From Octopus sinensis (taxonomy: Eukaryota), in NCBI RefSeq assembly GCF_006345805.1, contig NC_043012.1, positions 20,770,001-20,834,000 on the forward strand: a stretch of 64,000 bases of DNA. Reading direction: 5' to 3'. Positions 52,915-64,000 of the stretch are shown here, piece after piece; position 1 is the first letter of the stretch, and each line of letters opens with the position of its first letter. The translations under genes were made by a program, and so were the position numbers. The notes below the pieces were generated by a model. The model worked only from the letters and a program-made list of their open reading frames with translations. It ran no database searches and had not been told where the DNA came from.

Positions 52915-53439
52915 GTGGTACAGAGGTGCCTGGATCCGAAGAAATGCAATTTATGGACAATAGTAAATGATGGTGATGAATACAATGACAGTGTTGATGA
53001 TGATGATGATGATGTTAAGGAAGAGGAGGAAAGTAATGGTGGTGGTGATGGTGGTGGCGGTGCTCCTGCGACTGCTGGAGATAGTGGTGGTGGTGATTTC
53101 CTTTTCAAACAAGCACAGAGGTTCACAATTAAAACTAGTTTCACTTGTGCCTCTGAGAACCTAATTTATGTAATAACCTGCTCTGGTTGCGGACACAACT
53201 ATATTGGACAAACGACCTTGAGAAAGAGAATCACCCTACATAAAGAGCAAATCCGTTTCGCGCAATACAGACAAATTCCTCTCAGTGAACATATAGAAAA
53301 ATGTGCAGATAACATCAAACCAAATTTCACAGTCTTCCCTTTCTACCAGTGCAAAGAAACAATCTCTCAACTAGAACGTTTAAATAAAGTAACATTTTTC
53401 ATTGAAAAATGCAAAACACGTCTTAATATGCACGCATAA
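52915..53439 (+). pseudogene. Penelope-like element GIY-YIG endonuclease fragment with an in-frame trinucleotide expansion
   Basis: RFTIKTSFTCASENLIYVITCSGCGHNYIGQTTLRKRITLHKEQI matches the PLE Cys-rich linker, the LIY..YIG motifs and the R..xH motif. No RT is present. Confidence 0.88.
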
Positions 53440-53833
53440 TCAACTTTTATCTTTACATATTTCAAATCACGATTACATCACTGTACATAAATCCCCTTAC
53501 TAAACAAGGTTTTTGAAACTTGTCTGTTCACATATATATTCCCCTCCCATTACCGAAAGCTGAAAAGTTATCTCCCTTACCCACAACAATAACAATAATA
53601 ACGACAACCAATTACCTCCCTTTATTTATGTACTTGTGAAGTCATTCACTCGTGAATTTCATCACACACAACATGGACAAAATTTCTTCTTAAGAAAAAA
53701 TATATATTCAAATAAGAAAAACATAATATCATGAATAGCGATTGCGAAACCGGTCGATATATTAAAAATTATATTGAAATTATGTAAGTGTGCGTATTTT
53801 CCTTTTTTAATTTCTGATATATATATAAATATA

Positions 53834-54677
53834 CTAGCAGAATTGCCCGGCGTTGCTCGGGGCTGAATTGCTTGCAAGTACAGTTAATGATTGCACTGAA
53901 TTATGATGATTATTCAGGCAAATATTGATATAAGTTTACGGTGGGAGATAAGGACTTAACGATCAAACGTGTGCCATTGCATTGTTTTGGGATAACCAAA
54001 TTTCTGATGAGCATTATAGGGGCACCAACTTTAAGTTTGAGAAAGTGTGGTGGTAGTCCGGGGTGCTCAAAGGAATTGAGTACCTCTATTGGATAGTTGA
54101 TGACGTCCTCTGGGTGAGGAGTTGTATCGATAGACTGATATACATAGACTTCCCCAGGAATGAGTTTTAGCATTTCATCATTAATATGGTGAACAGTTTT
54201 ATTCCTCGGGGCCAGTATAGCCTTTTTGCCAATCCAATCCATATTCTGATAATTAGCTTGTAGATCTGGGAACACTGCATCTCTGAGATCAGAAGGCGTC
54301 TTAACAATGGTACAAATGGAATCGATGGCAATATTACCATTTTCATCCCCTGGTATTTTGCCTTCGCCAAGTGCAACGAGGGTGTGAGGAAATGCTGCTG
54401 ATGTGATATTACGTCGCATATGAGCACGCATATTGTTGTGAAGTTTGAGAGTTACTTCCCTTTATTAAAAAAAATATGCATTAAAATGGAAAAAATGATG
54501 GTAAATTATTTGTAAAATCATAGACTCATCGTAGACGCGCGCTAATACCCAGAAGGGCTCGATATGAATCACGACTATATGATACCCGGTTTTGGTTAAA
54601 CTGCATCGCAAAATGTGGGAGTAGTTAGGAATCTAAATCGGAGTAGACAGACACACAACCTTTCTTTTATATATAAA
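53834..54677 (-). mobile_element. Non-autonomous Helitron with both termini
   Basis: Minus-strand 3' end is a hairpin CCCGAGCAACGCCGGG followed by CAATTCTG-CTAG|T (53834). The 5' end is A|T(T)TATATATAAAAG at ~54677, with the usual TC changed to TT. Confidence 0.85.
53910..54450 (-). pseudogene. Helitron RepHel Pif1-helicase fragment
   Basis: LHNNMRAH...AILAPRN..V..IN...YQSIDT...YPIEVLNS...PGLPPHFLKLKVGAPIMLIRNL..CNGTRL, Pif1 motif IV through the 2B domain. Confidence 0.92.
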
Positions 54678-54828
54678 TATTTTCGTCCTAAAAAACTTTG
54701 TATGGATTGAATGGTTACCTCTAGGTAAATTGTAATAGAAGAAATCCTATATTGTAGATTTCTATAAGATACAAAGGGAAGCAGATAAAATCTGCCTTTT
54801 ATAATAAGATATTATATATATATATATC

Positions 54829-55628
54829 GAAGGATGCGAACTTGCCAAGGAAAAATCTATTAGCGGTATTTCACTCGTCTCTACGGTCTGATTTCAAATA
54901 CCACCGAAGCCGAATTTGTTTACATCCTTTCGAAGTCGACGAAATAAGAGCCTGTGCAGCCCTGGGGGGGGGATGAAATCGACTAAAGCCTCTCATAAAA
55001 AATTTCAGGCCTTGTGCGTATTGTAGAAAGGTTTATTAGAAGTAAGACGAAGGATTTAGCACGCCGAATGAAATACTTACGTTCTGAGTTCAAATTCCTC
55101 TCAGGTAAACTTTGCATTTCCTTATTTCATTCTTTCGGACTAGATGAAATAACAGCTGAACGCAAAGACACTTGTCAAAAAATTACAGGCCTTGTGCCTG
55201 TTGTGGAAAATTTAATTCTTATTATCGTGATGAGGCAGCGAACTGGCAGAAGAGTTGGCACACCGGGCGAAATGCTAAGCGGTATTTCGTCTGCCTCTAC
55301 ATTCCGAGTTCAAATTCTGCCGTGGTCGACATTGCCTTTCATCCTTTCGGGGTCGATTAAATAAGTACCAGTTACGCACTGAATCGATATAATCGACTTA
55401 ATCTGTTTGTCTATCCTTGTTTGACCTCTCTGTGTTTAGCCCCTAGTGGGTAGTAAAGAAATAGGTATTTCGTCTGTCTTTACATTCTGAGTTCAAATTC
55501 CGCCGAAGTCGACTTTGCATTTCATACGCTAGGCAACGATAAATCAAATACAAGTGAAACACTAGGATCGATGTAATCGACTATTCCCCCTCACAACGAA
55601 ATTTCGAGCCTTGTGCATATAGTAGAAA
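54829..55628 (+). mobile_element. Head-to-tail cluster of four SINE family B copies
   Basis: Copies at about 54829-55030, 55040-55210, 55232-55464 (young) and 55464-55628 (5'-truncated). Each has GTTCAAAT or TTTCAAAT and family B 3' motifs. Confidence 0.8.
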
Positions 55629-56273
55629 TGTTTAAATGCATATAAACTCCATCCGTTTTTGATTTGCTTTTTTCTTTTTCGTGTGTGTGAAGTGGTAAAT
55701 TCTATTTCATACATTTTTATATATCGCTACGGAAGGGAAGTCAAAGGTAAAAAAATAAAAACAAAAGCAGCCGCATTGGGAGCTGAACTCAAAACATAGG
55801 GCAACGGAATGATTCACATTATAGCATTCATTCAGTCAAACATCAGTATTGATATAGATCGCGCACACACACACAAACACAAACACACACATACACACAC
55901 ACCTACAAAACATACGGTGATATGCACGCAGAGGCAAAGTTGCTACTACCGGGCATTACAACAGTCCTTAAACTAAAGACACAAATGAATGGAATTAAAA
56001 GTAATGTGTGCTATGGTGCATATTTCAACGTGTAGTAATAAAAGTGAAGCAAAGAATCTCATTATTAAAGCTATATTTAGAGGCAGTTCCATCCAGTCTC
56101 CTCACCAATAGGATAAAAATGCAATTAACAGATAGCTTGGGGACAAACTGTCTAGAATGATAGAGAAATAGCAGCCAGACATGCATTACTAACAAATCAT
56201 GAACAATCACTACACTCTGCAACAGAACCAATCAGGTAATTGTACACACATAAATAGACATATCAACATCTGC

Positions 56274-56328
<55 letters not shown>

Positions 56329-56537
56329 AACCCTTATGTACATATGTATATATATATGTACGTATGTATTTCTGTCTTTCTCGCTTTACATTTTTGTGTG
56401 TGTGCCAGCTGATATATTTGTGTGTTTACTCGATAGTATTTGTACGTGAGAGTGTTTTGTAAGACATATGGAATGAAAACAAACGGATGCACGCACGCAC
56501 ACACACACACACACACACATACACACACATGTATATG

Positions 56538-56568
<31 letters not shown>

Positions 56569-57178
56569 CTGTACATACATACACGTATAATAGTTCGTAT
56601 TGTCCATTTTTTTCTTTTTATGTGAGAGAGAGAGTGAGAGCTAGAAAGAGAAAGAGAGAGAGCTCGAAAGAGTAAGAGAGAGAGAGCGAAAGAAAGAGAC
56701 AGCTGCTTTCGTTATTGTTTGTTTTCTTTTCTTTTCTGTTGTTTTTTATTTGTTGTTTTTGTTTTGAAGCAAAGGAGATAAATGATGTCTTGATATATGG
56801 TTGCTTTAAGATAGCTTTTTCGTTATTTTGCTTAATGTAACGTGCTGTGGTGTCGCGATGTAATTGTTCGGTGTAGTGTAATTATGCAGTGTATTGGAGT
56901 ATATTTAGTGTGTGTTTAATGCATAGAATATATTTAAGGTTTTCAATATTAGTTTTATTGCTCAAGAGGACAATTAATTCCAATATCCCGCTACTTCGGT
57001 ATTTAATGTTCACTGTGATTACAATGAAGGTCGGAATATAGGCAAAATTGTGTGTCTGTGTATATTATTAAGCAGAACATAACGGGTTCGTTCTAAACGG
57101 GGTTATTTAACGATTTATTCTTTTACAATTTACAACTACAGGTGTAAATTGTAAAACATAACAGTCATCACTACTACA

Positions 57179-57224
57179 TGAACCTGAAGATTGCATAGTT
57201 TAAAACATGAAAGTACTAGTTCAA
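57179..57224 (+). ncRNA. Hammerhead-like motif with a degenerate stem II
   Basis: UGAAC-CUGAAGA-...-GAA-AGUACU-A-GUUCA. Helix I is 5 bp and helix III is the palindrome AGUACU. Preceded by a perfect 14-bp hairpin at 57121-57156. Confidence 0.5.
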
Positions 57225-57300
57225 TCAGAATGGACGTTTAATATTCTTTCATTTCATTATATTATATTATATTATATCATATATAAAATAGCATAATATT

Positions 57301-57735
57301 GGTGCAGGAGTGGCTGTGTCGTAAGTAGCTTGCTAACCAGACACATGGTTCCGGGTTCAGTCCCACTGCGTGGCATCTTGGGCAAGTGTCTTCTGCTATA
57401 GCCCCGGGTCGACCAATGCCTTCTGAGTGGATTTGGTAGACGGAAACTGAAAAAAGCCTGTCGTATATATATATATATATATAATGTGTGTGTGTGCGTG
57501 TGTGTGTGTGTGTGTATGTGTGTGTGTGTGTGTGCTTGTGTGTCTGTGTTTGTCCCCCTAGCATTGCTTGACAACCGATGCTGGTGTGTTTACGTCCCCG
57601 TCACTTAGCGGTTCGGCAAAAGAGACCGATGGAATAAGTTCTGGGCTTACAAAGAATAAGTCCCGGGGTCGATTTGCTCGACTAAAGGCGGTGATCCAGC
57701 ATGGCCGCAGTCAAATTACTGAAACAAGTAAAATA
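57301..57735 (+). mobile_element. tRNA-derived SINE family D, full length
   Basis: GGTGCAGGAGTGGCTGTG..GGGTTCAGTCCCACTGCGTGGCATCTTGGGCAAGTGTC...CAGTCAAATTACTGAAACAAGTAAAA. Confidence 0.92.
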
Positions 57736-57927
57736 GTATATTATAGTATAGTATATTATATTATTATCAGATTGTTAATGAAAACGTGAAAATCAGACAA
57801 GTTGGAATTTCATTGAGTAATATATACTTCTATACACAATCCTACACACCCGTGTATGTATAATGCATATGCGTGTGTGTGTGTAGACGTCACTAAAGTG
57901 ACAGAGGGTATGAAGTGTTACGGGTAG

Positions 57928-58062
57928 TGTTAGAGATGGGAGTCAAAACGACTCACTAAGCAAAAGATCACTAACCTAATAAACTGACAAAGGTCCCTAC
58001 GCTCAGCGCTTTAAGATGGTGCTTTCGTGGCTAGTGAGTTGTTTTGACTCTTATTTCTAGCA
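57928..58062. repeat. Short fold-back (~34-bp arms) of the end of the LTR-like repeat
   Basis: TGTTAGAGATGGGAGTCAAAACGACTCACTAAGC versus the reverse-complement arm TGCTAGAAATAAGAGTCAAAACAACTCACTAGC. Compare 34909-34952. Confidence 0.75.
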
Positions 58063-58134
58063 ATACTATAACCTTGGTCACCTTAGGGATGTTTAAAAAT
58101 TTAACTTTAGGTTATTAAGTTGTTAATAACCCAC

Positions 58135-58178
<44 letters not shown>

Positions 58179-58224
58179 AATTTATATACAAATATATGGA
58201 TGGATGGATAGATTTCTTCGCCGA

Positions 58225-58536
58225 AAGGCATGGTCCAGCATGGCCGCAGTCAAATGACTAAAACAAGGAAAGGAATAAAAGTATATATATATAATGATAC
58301 ATACATACATTTTATATATATATATATATATATACAAAATGTATGTATCAATATATATATATATATATATATATCAGTCCTACTACGTGACATTTTGGTG
58401 AAGTGTGTTCTGTTAATGATCCAGCCAACGAAAGCCATGTAAGTGGATTGTGTAAAGGGAAACTGAAAGAAGCCCCTCGTGTGCACAAATATATATGTAT
58501 ATATATATGTGTGTGTGTGTGTATGTGTGTGTGTGC

Positions 58537-58571
<35 letters not shown>

Positions 58572-58790
58572 CTGTCTTTGTATTCCTTCATCACCGCTTG
58601 ACAAACGGTGCTGTTTCGTTTACGTTCCCTTAATTAACATTTTTGTAGAAAAAAGACGAATAGGATCAGTACAAGAGTCAAAAGAATAAATACTGGATTT
58701 GGTTCATCCGACTGATATTCTTCTAGTCGCTGCCTCAGCATGGCCGTACTATAAAGACTGACACAATTAAAGGTTAAAATCTAAAAGCTA
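58225..58790 (+). mobile_element. SINE family D fragments (3' tail at 58225-58280; degraded copy at 58380-58790)
   Basis: CCAGCATGGCCGCAGTCAAATGACT and GGAAACTGAAAGAAGCCC motifs. Confidence 0.7.
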
Positions 58791-59124
58791 TGCATGTATG
58801 TTTGCTAGTGTTTGTATCCATTGTGCTCATAAATATATATATATATATGATATTAATTAGAAACAAAACCACTATTTTGCAAATCAAACAATGCATAAAA
58901 ACATTTTAATATAAAGTAAATAAATCGCCACTACATATATAATATATATAATATATATAATATATATTATATAATATTTTACTATAAAATTGGATTCAAT
59001 CCTAAATCTGATTTTTCCCTGTAAATTTGGATTTATTCCCTAATATTTATTATATATATATATGTATATATATATATACATACATACATATTGGTACGTA
59101 CCTACATCTACATGTATATATACA

Positions 59125-59175
<51 letters not shown>

Positions 59176-59180
59176 ATATA

Positions 59181-59219
59181 TATGAGTACAGGACACCACA
59201 AATAAACGTAGAACTCAAC

Positions 59220-59261
<42 letters not shown>

Positions 59262-59296
59262 TACAGGACACCACAAATAAACGTAGAACTCAACGA
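59181..59296 (+). repeat. Identical 41-bp tandem duplication separated by (TA)n
   Basis: TATGAGTACAGGACACCACAAATAAACGTAGAACTCAACGA at 59181 and 59256. Confidence 0.9.
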
Positions 59297-59300
59297 TATA

Positions 59301-59353
<53 letters not shown>

Positions 59354-59574
59354 GGAAGTGTATTTTACGCTATATATAGCGACAACATGAATTTATTCCA
59401 TATGTGTCGAACTGGTTCAAATTCTATTTATTTGTGCAGCTGATGATAGCACTGCATTTAAATTGATTTAATGCGTGCATTATTCAATTGAATGGAATCG
59501 CTTGACACGGTCATACTGCATCACTTCTTGATATTCCGTTGCTTATTTAGATTATATACAAATATATATATATA

Positions 59575-59607
<33 letters not shown>

Positions 59608-60243
59608 AAGTGTGTGTGTATATTTGCGTGTATATGCTGAAATGTACGCATGTACGTTTTCCATGAGTTCCTGTCTAAACTGTGTTAAGATTTCCCATGT
59701 GCGGCAATACACTTCATATATCATCGGATGCGTGTTTCTTTCTCAGTTCATAAATATGAATCTTCGTTATTGAAGCATGACATGTTCTCAAGGGACGGTT
59801 TGAAATACTCAGTGTGGTTGGTAAATGTGGACAACCTCTAATTATTGGTAGATTATTTGTACTTCCTGCATCGTGGTATTAATCCTAACACAACTGAGTC
59901 TCAATTCAATCGGTATCACCCAGCTTATCTGTAGTAAGGTTGCCTTGGTCTGCCATCAGTTATCTCAAAGATCTCAATTAAATTTGTGGAAGTCTCAGTA
60001 ATTATCGTTCAATTTATGGACAATTCAGTAACATTTTATGCACAATATCAATAATTAATAATTTACAATTTGTCCCAGTGGTAGAAATAAAAAGCCAGCA
60101 CAACAGCCATTTAAAGCAAATGAGAAGGCTAATAGTTTTGATGTAGCAAATATTTGAATTGGTTTTCAAGCAAATGTATAACAATGTATACGCTATTCAA
60201 CCAATTTCTGCAATGTGTGTTTTTTTTTCAGAGACAATGGGAT

Positions 60244-60303
<60 letters not shown>

Positions 60304-60562
60304 GATAGAAATATGTTACAAAAAGAAAATATAAAATACACGTGGAAATGTGAGGGTAAAATATGAACAAAAATCAACGAAAATGCACATTGTAAATAAA
60401 AAAAGGCTTTTTATGAAAGGTAACGACAAATATATACATTTAGATGGACTGAGGTAGTAATAAAAGTCATAAAAGTCATTATTATGGGATGATTATAAAG
60501 TCAGAAAACAACGCATACCATAGTTTCCGCAAAGCTATTCATTGCTTTGTATACACCAGTTA

Positions 60563-60612
<50 letters not shown>

Positions 60613-60639
60613 ATGCATATATATTTTTTAATCAAACTT

Positions 60640-60760
60640 ACAGAAGGCAGAAGATGTAAACAGGTGTAGGGACAAAAAGGTGTATTAGTTTAACGCCTGG
60701 AAAGAATGGAAAAGTCTTTTACGTTTCGAACCTACGCTCTTCGACAGAATGGACTAAGAG
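60640..60760 (-). mobile_element. Penelope-like terminal repeat with a hammerhead variant (CUGUCGA)
   Basis: Minus strand CUGUCGA-A-GAGC-GUAG-GUUC-GAAACGU-AAAAGACU. Homologous to 9434-9592. Confidence 0.55.
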
Positions 60761-60920
60761 GGGGGGAGAACATTCAAAAAGTCGGAAAGAATGCAACAGA
60801 TCGATACTGGGGTCATAATTATGGGTGACAATTTCATATGACACCGCTAGAAAAAACTGGCGTTCAAATCGAAAAGATTCCAAGTTACCAGGTGAGCATT
60901 GCTTCTGGATAAGTGAATTA

Positions 60921-61326
60921 TTTTTAAAGAAATATTTGTATAGTGTTCAAATATAAATGGCATTTTCCTTGTTTCTGCCTTTCTCTGTCTCTCTTGTTTA
61001 CACTTGTGGGTTCGAGGTAGGGAAGAAGAAGAAGAAAAAGAAGAAGAAAAAGAAGAAGAAGAAGAAGAAGAAGAAGAAGAAGAAGAAGAAGAAGAAGAAG
61101 AAGAAGAAGGATGATGAGGAGAAGGGGGGAAAATTTGGGAGTGCCTTGATTGTTGTATTTTGAGTGGCAGTTGCTGTTCAATTCATGAGAATATTGCTAT
61201 TGAAAGATTTTTTATAGAATTTGTGTAGGTGTTATACTAAAAAGCATTAGTGATGAAGTTAGGAAGTAGAAGGGGAGAAGAAGAAGAAGAAGAAGAAGAA
61301 GAAGAAGAAGAAGAAAAAGAAGAAGA

Positions 61327-61366
<40 letters not shown>

Positions 61367-61415
61367 CGATGTTGATGATGTTGAAGAAAAAGAAGAAGAA
61401 GAAGAAGAGGAAGTA

Positions 61416-61466
<51 letters not shown>

Positions 61467-62031
61467 AATGATGATGATCAAGAATTGGAAGAAGAAGAAG
61501 AAAGAGAAGGGAGAATATGAATGAGTGGAAGTAGTGAGGTGTTGTATGACTTAAAGTTGGCACGTTATGGGTTATAGCTGTGATTGGGGCTGATTTGTAA
61601 TGGATTCTTGGGAATGTAATATTTGCGTGTGTATTTGTGTTATTCTAAAGCCGAGGTGTATATATCGTTTTCATAGACCCGTTCAGAAGGGGCCTATGTT
61701 TTCTAATAAAAACAGTTACTTTACTTATTCGTTGTCTCGAGGTTGTATCGTCCCTGAATTTGTAGAGGGGGAAAATCCTGAAGTTTGGTGTTTTGTTGTT
61801 GGCGCAAGTATCTATGTGTTGACTGAATGAAAAATAACACATTCAGCCAACACATAGATACTTGCGCCAACAACAAAACACCAAACTTCAGGATTTCGAT
61901 AGTTTCAGGCAGATTTATACTGCATCACCTCATACACCTCCGTGTTGCTGGTGTGTGCGCGGCATTGTCTCTTCTTTTCTGTTGTTGGGGAAGTACAAAC
62001 TCTTCCTGGTATCATCATCATCATCATCATT

Positions 62032-62064
<33 letters not shown>

Positions 62065-62100
62065 GGCATCATCATCATCATCGTCATCATCATCATCATT

Positions 62101-62148
<48 letters not shown>

Positions 62149-62655
62149 TACTTCCTCTTCTTCTTCAACATCATCAACATCGTCATCATCATCTTCTTCT
62201 TCAACATCATCAACATCGTCATCATCATCATCATCATCATCCTCTTCTTCTTCTTCATCTTCTCCTTCTTCTTCTTCTTCTTCTTCTTCTCCCCCTTCTA
62301 CTTCCTAACTTTATCACTAATGCTTTTTTGTATAACACCTACGCAAATTCTAAAAACCTTTCAATAGTAATATTCTCATGAACTGCTAGCCACCACTGAC
62401 CACTCAAAATACAACAATCAAGGTACTCCCAAATTCCCCCCTTCTCCTCATCCTTCTTCTTCTTCTTTCTTCTTCTTCTCTTCTTCTTCTTCTTCTTCTT
62501 CTTCTTCTTCTTCTTCTTCTTCTTCTTCTTCTTCATCCCTACCAAGAATTCACAACGACGTCGAACCCACAAGTGTAAACAAGAGAGACAGAGAAAGGCA
62601 GAAACAAGGAAAATGCCACTTATATTTGAACACTATACAAATATTCCTTTAAAAA
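60921..62655. repeat. 1.7-kb imperfect palindrome with a central 57-bp hairpin
   Basis: Outer arms about 60921-61478 and 62011-62655 (roughly 88-90% in unique parts). Inner arms 61773-61829 and 61840-61896 (56/57 match, 10-nt loop). Confidence 0.93.
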
Positions 62656-62825
62656 AACATTTCTTTTAATTTTTCTAAATTTAATTATTTAATCGTTACA
62701 GTTGAAAAGGTTTCAAAATGACTGAAAACGGTACTGAAATGTTCTTTATAAAATTATTTTAGCATTTTCTATTTTGACTTATTTTTTCATATATATCAAC
62801 TCGAGTGTTCCTTTTCATCCTTATA

Positions 62826-63030
<205 letters not shown>

Positions 63031-63220
63031 AAAATGTATATATGTCCATATGTACACATGTATATACTCATGAATCTATACTCACATATATGTGTATGCA
63101 CACTAACGAATGCCCTTGCGCGCGGGCGTGTATTTGCCTGTGTGTGTGTGTGTGTGTGCATGCGAGGCACATCTTTCTGTACATGTCTTCTCTCTCCCTC
63201 TCTCACTCTCTCTCTCTCCC

Positions 63221-63252
<32 letters not shown>

Positions 63253-64000
63253 ATATATATACATACATATACGTGCACGTGACAGAGTGTGAAACATTAT
63301 GGAAGTGTCAGAAATAATTGTGTCAACAACTTTACTCGAATTTATTCGACTAATAAATACATTTTAACCATCACCATCAGCACACCACCACCACCACCAC
63401 CACCACCACCACCAACGACAACAACAACAACAACAGTGATTAGAGATGCATCAGCAGCAACGACTACATAGATTACAGCTTCTATATGGCATGTGTGGAT
63501 GATATGTGTGACGCTTTATTTGTCTCGTGCAATTTACACACGGAGTTTATCTGATAGGAACTGTCAAATTACTATTAATTTTCTTTTGATCAATCATTCG
63601 CCTATATTTTATGTCTAATTATGTTTACTCTGAGTAAATATAAATATATCGAAGTCTCCTGCTATCTGAACTAGGCATTACGTTTCAATCTGTTTACTGA
63701 AGCCCACATTCACCGAAACTATTTGGTAATTTAAATGAGTTTCCATCATCTGTCATACTGGAATCCACAGAACCATTCTGCTTTTCCAAAAGTATGTTTA
63801 TTTCTCGTATAAAGAAATGGGCCTTTCGTTGTTTATATAAAATGTTGGTGAGAAAAAAAGGGAACATCTTCCTGATCTTTCGGCCTTGTAAAATTAACAG
63901 CCAAATTTCAAATCACAAATCTCAACCTATTATGTTTGAATACATAGTGTGTGTGCGTGAGAGAGAGAGGGAGAGAGAGAGTGTGTGTATGCGTGCGAGT

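Noticed and set aside
766-57735. tRNA-like A/B box sequences
   Set aside because: They are SINE heads continuing into SINE bodies with TSDs, and none forms a complete cloverleaf.
59438-59490. CUGAUGA followed by a stem
   Set aside because: No GAAA and no helices I or III.

Overview
AT-rich, microsatellite-saturated eukaryotic DNA. The repeat spectrum ((AT)n, (AC)n, (AG)n, (AAT)n, (ATC)n, (ATAC)n, (AGAT)n) and several tRNA-derived SINE families point to a coleoid cephalopod, most likely Octopus; this is an inference. I found no host protein-coding exon I can support, and most ORFs in the supplied track are microsatellite translations. Transposable-element content: an internally deleted Tx1/L1-clade LINE (2.1-5.1 kb), a CR1-like RT fragment (16.2-16.8 kb), a hAT-type MITE (20.1 kb), an RLE-type (HERO/NeSL-like) LINE fragment (36.5-37.4 kb), an IR/DR Tc1 DD34E transposon (44.5-46.0 kb), a Penelope-type GIY-YIG fragment (52.9-53.4 kb), a non-autonomous Helitron with both ends (53.8-54.7 kb) and about 20 SINE copies. 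The most interesting signal is not in the ORF track. About 12 hammerhead-ribozyme (HHR) motifs, read by eye, fall into several sequence families, and about five have intact catalytic cores. They sit in three architectures: fold-back inverted repeats with one HHR per arm (15.7-16.1 kb and 46.9-47.7 kb, which are homologous to each other), a 1.2-unit direct repeat of 468 bp period resembling a retrozyme (48.0-48.6 kb), and an LTR-like repeat followed by a type III-like HHR (34.9-35.5 kb). Further palindromes lie at 39.0 kb, 57.9 kb and 60.9-62.7 kb. All folds and identities were estimated manually and none has been computed.
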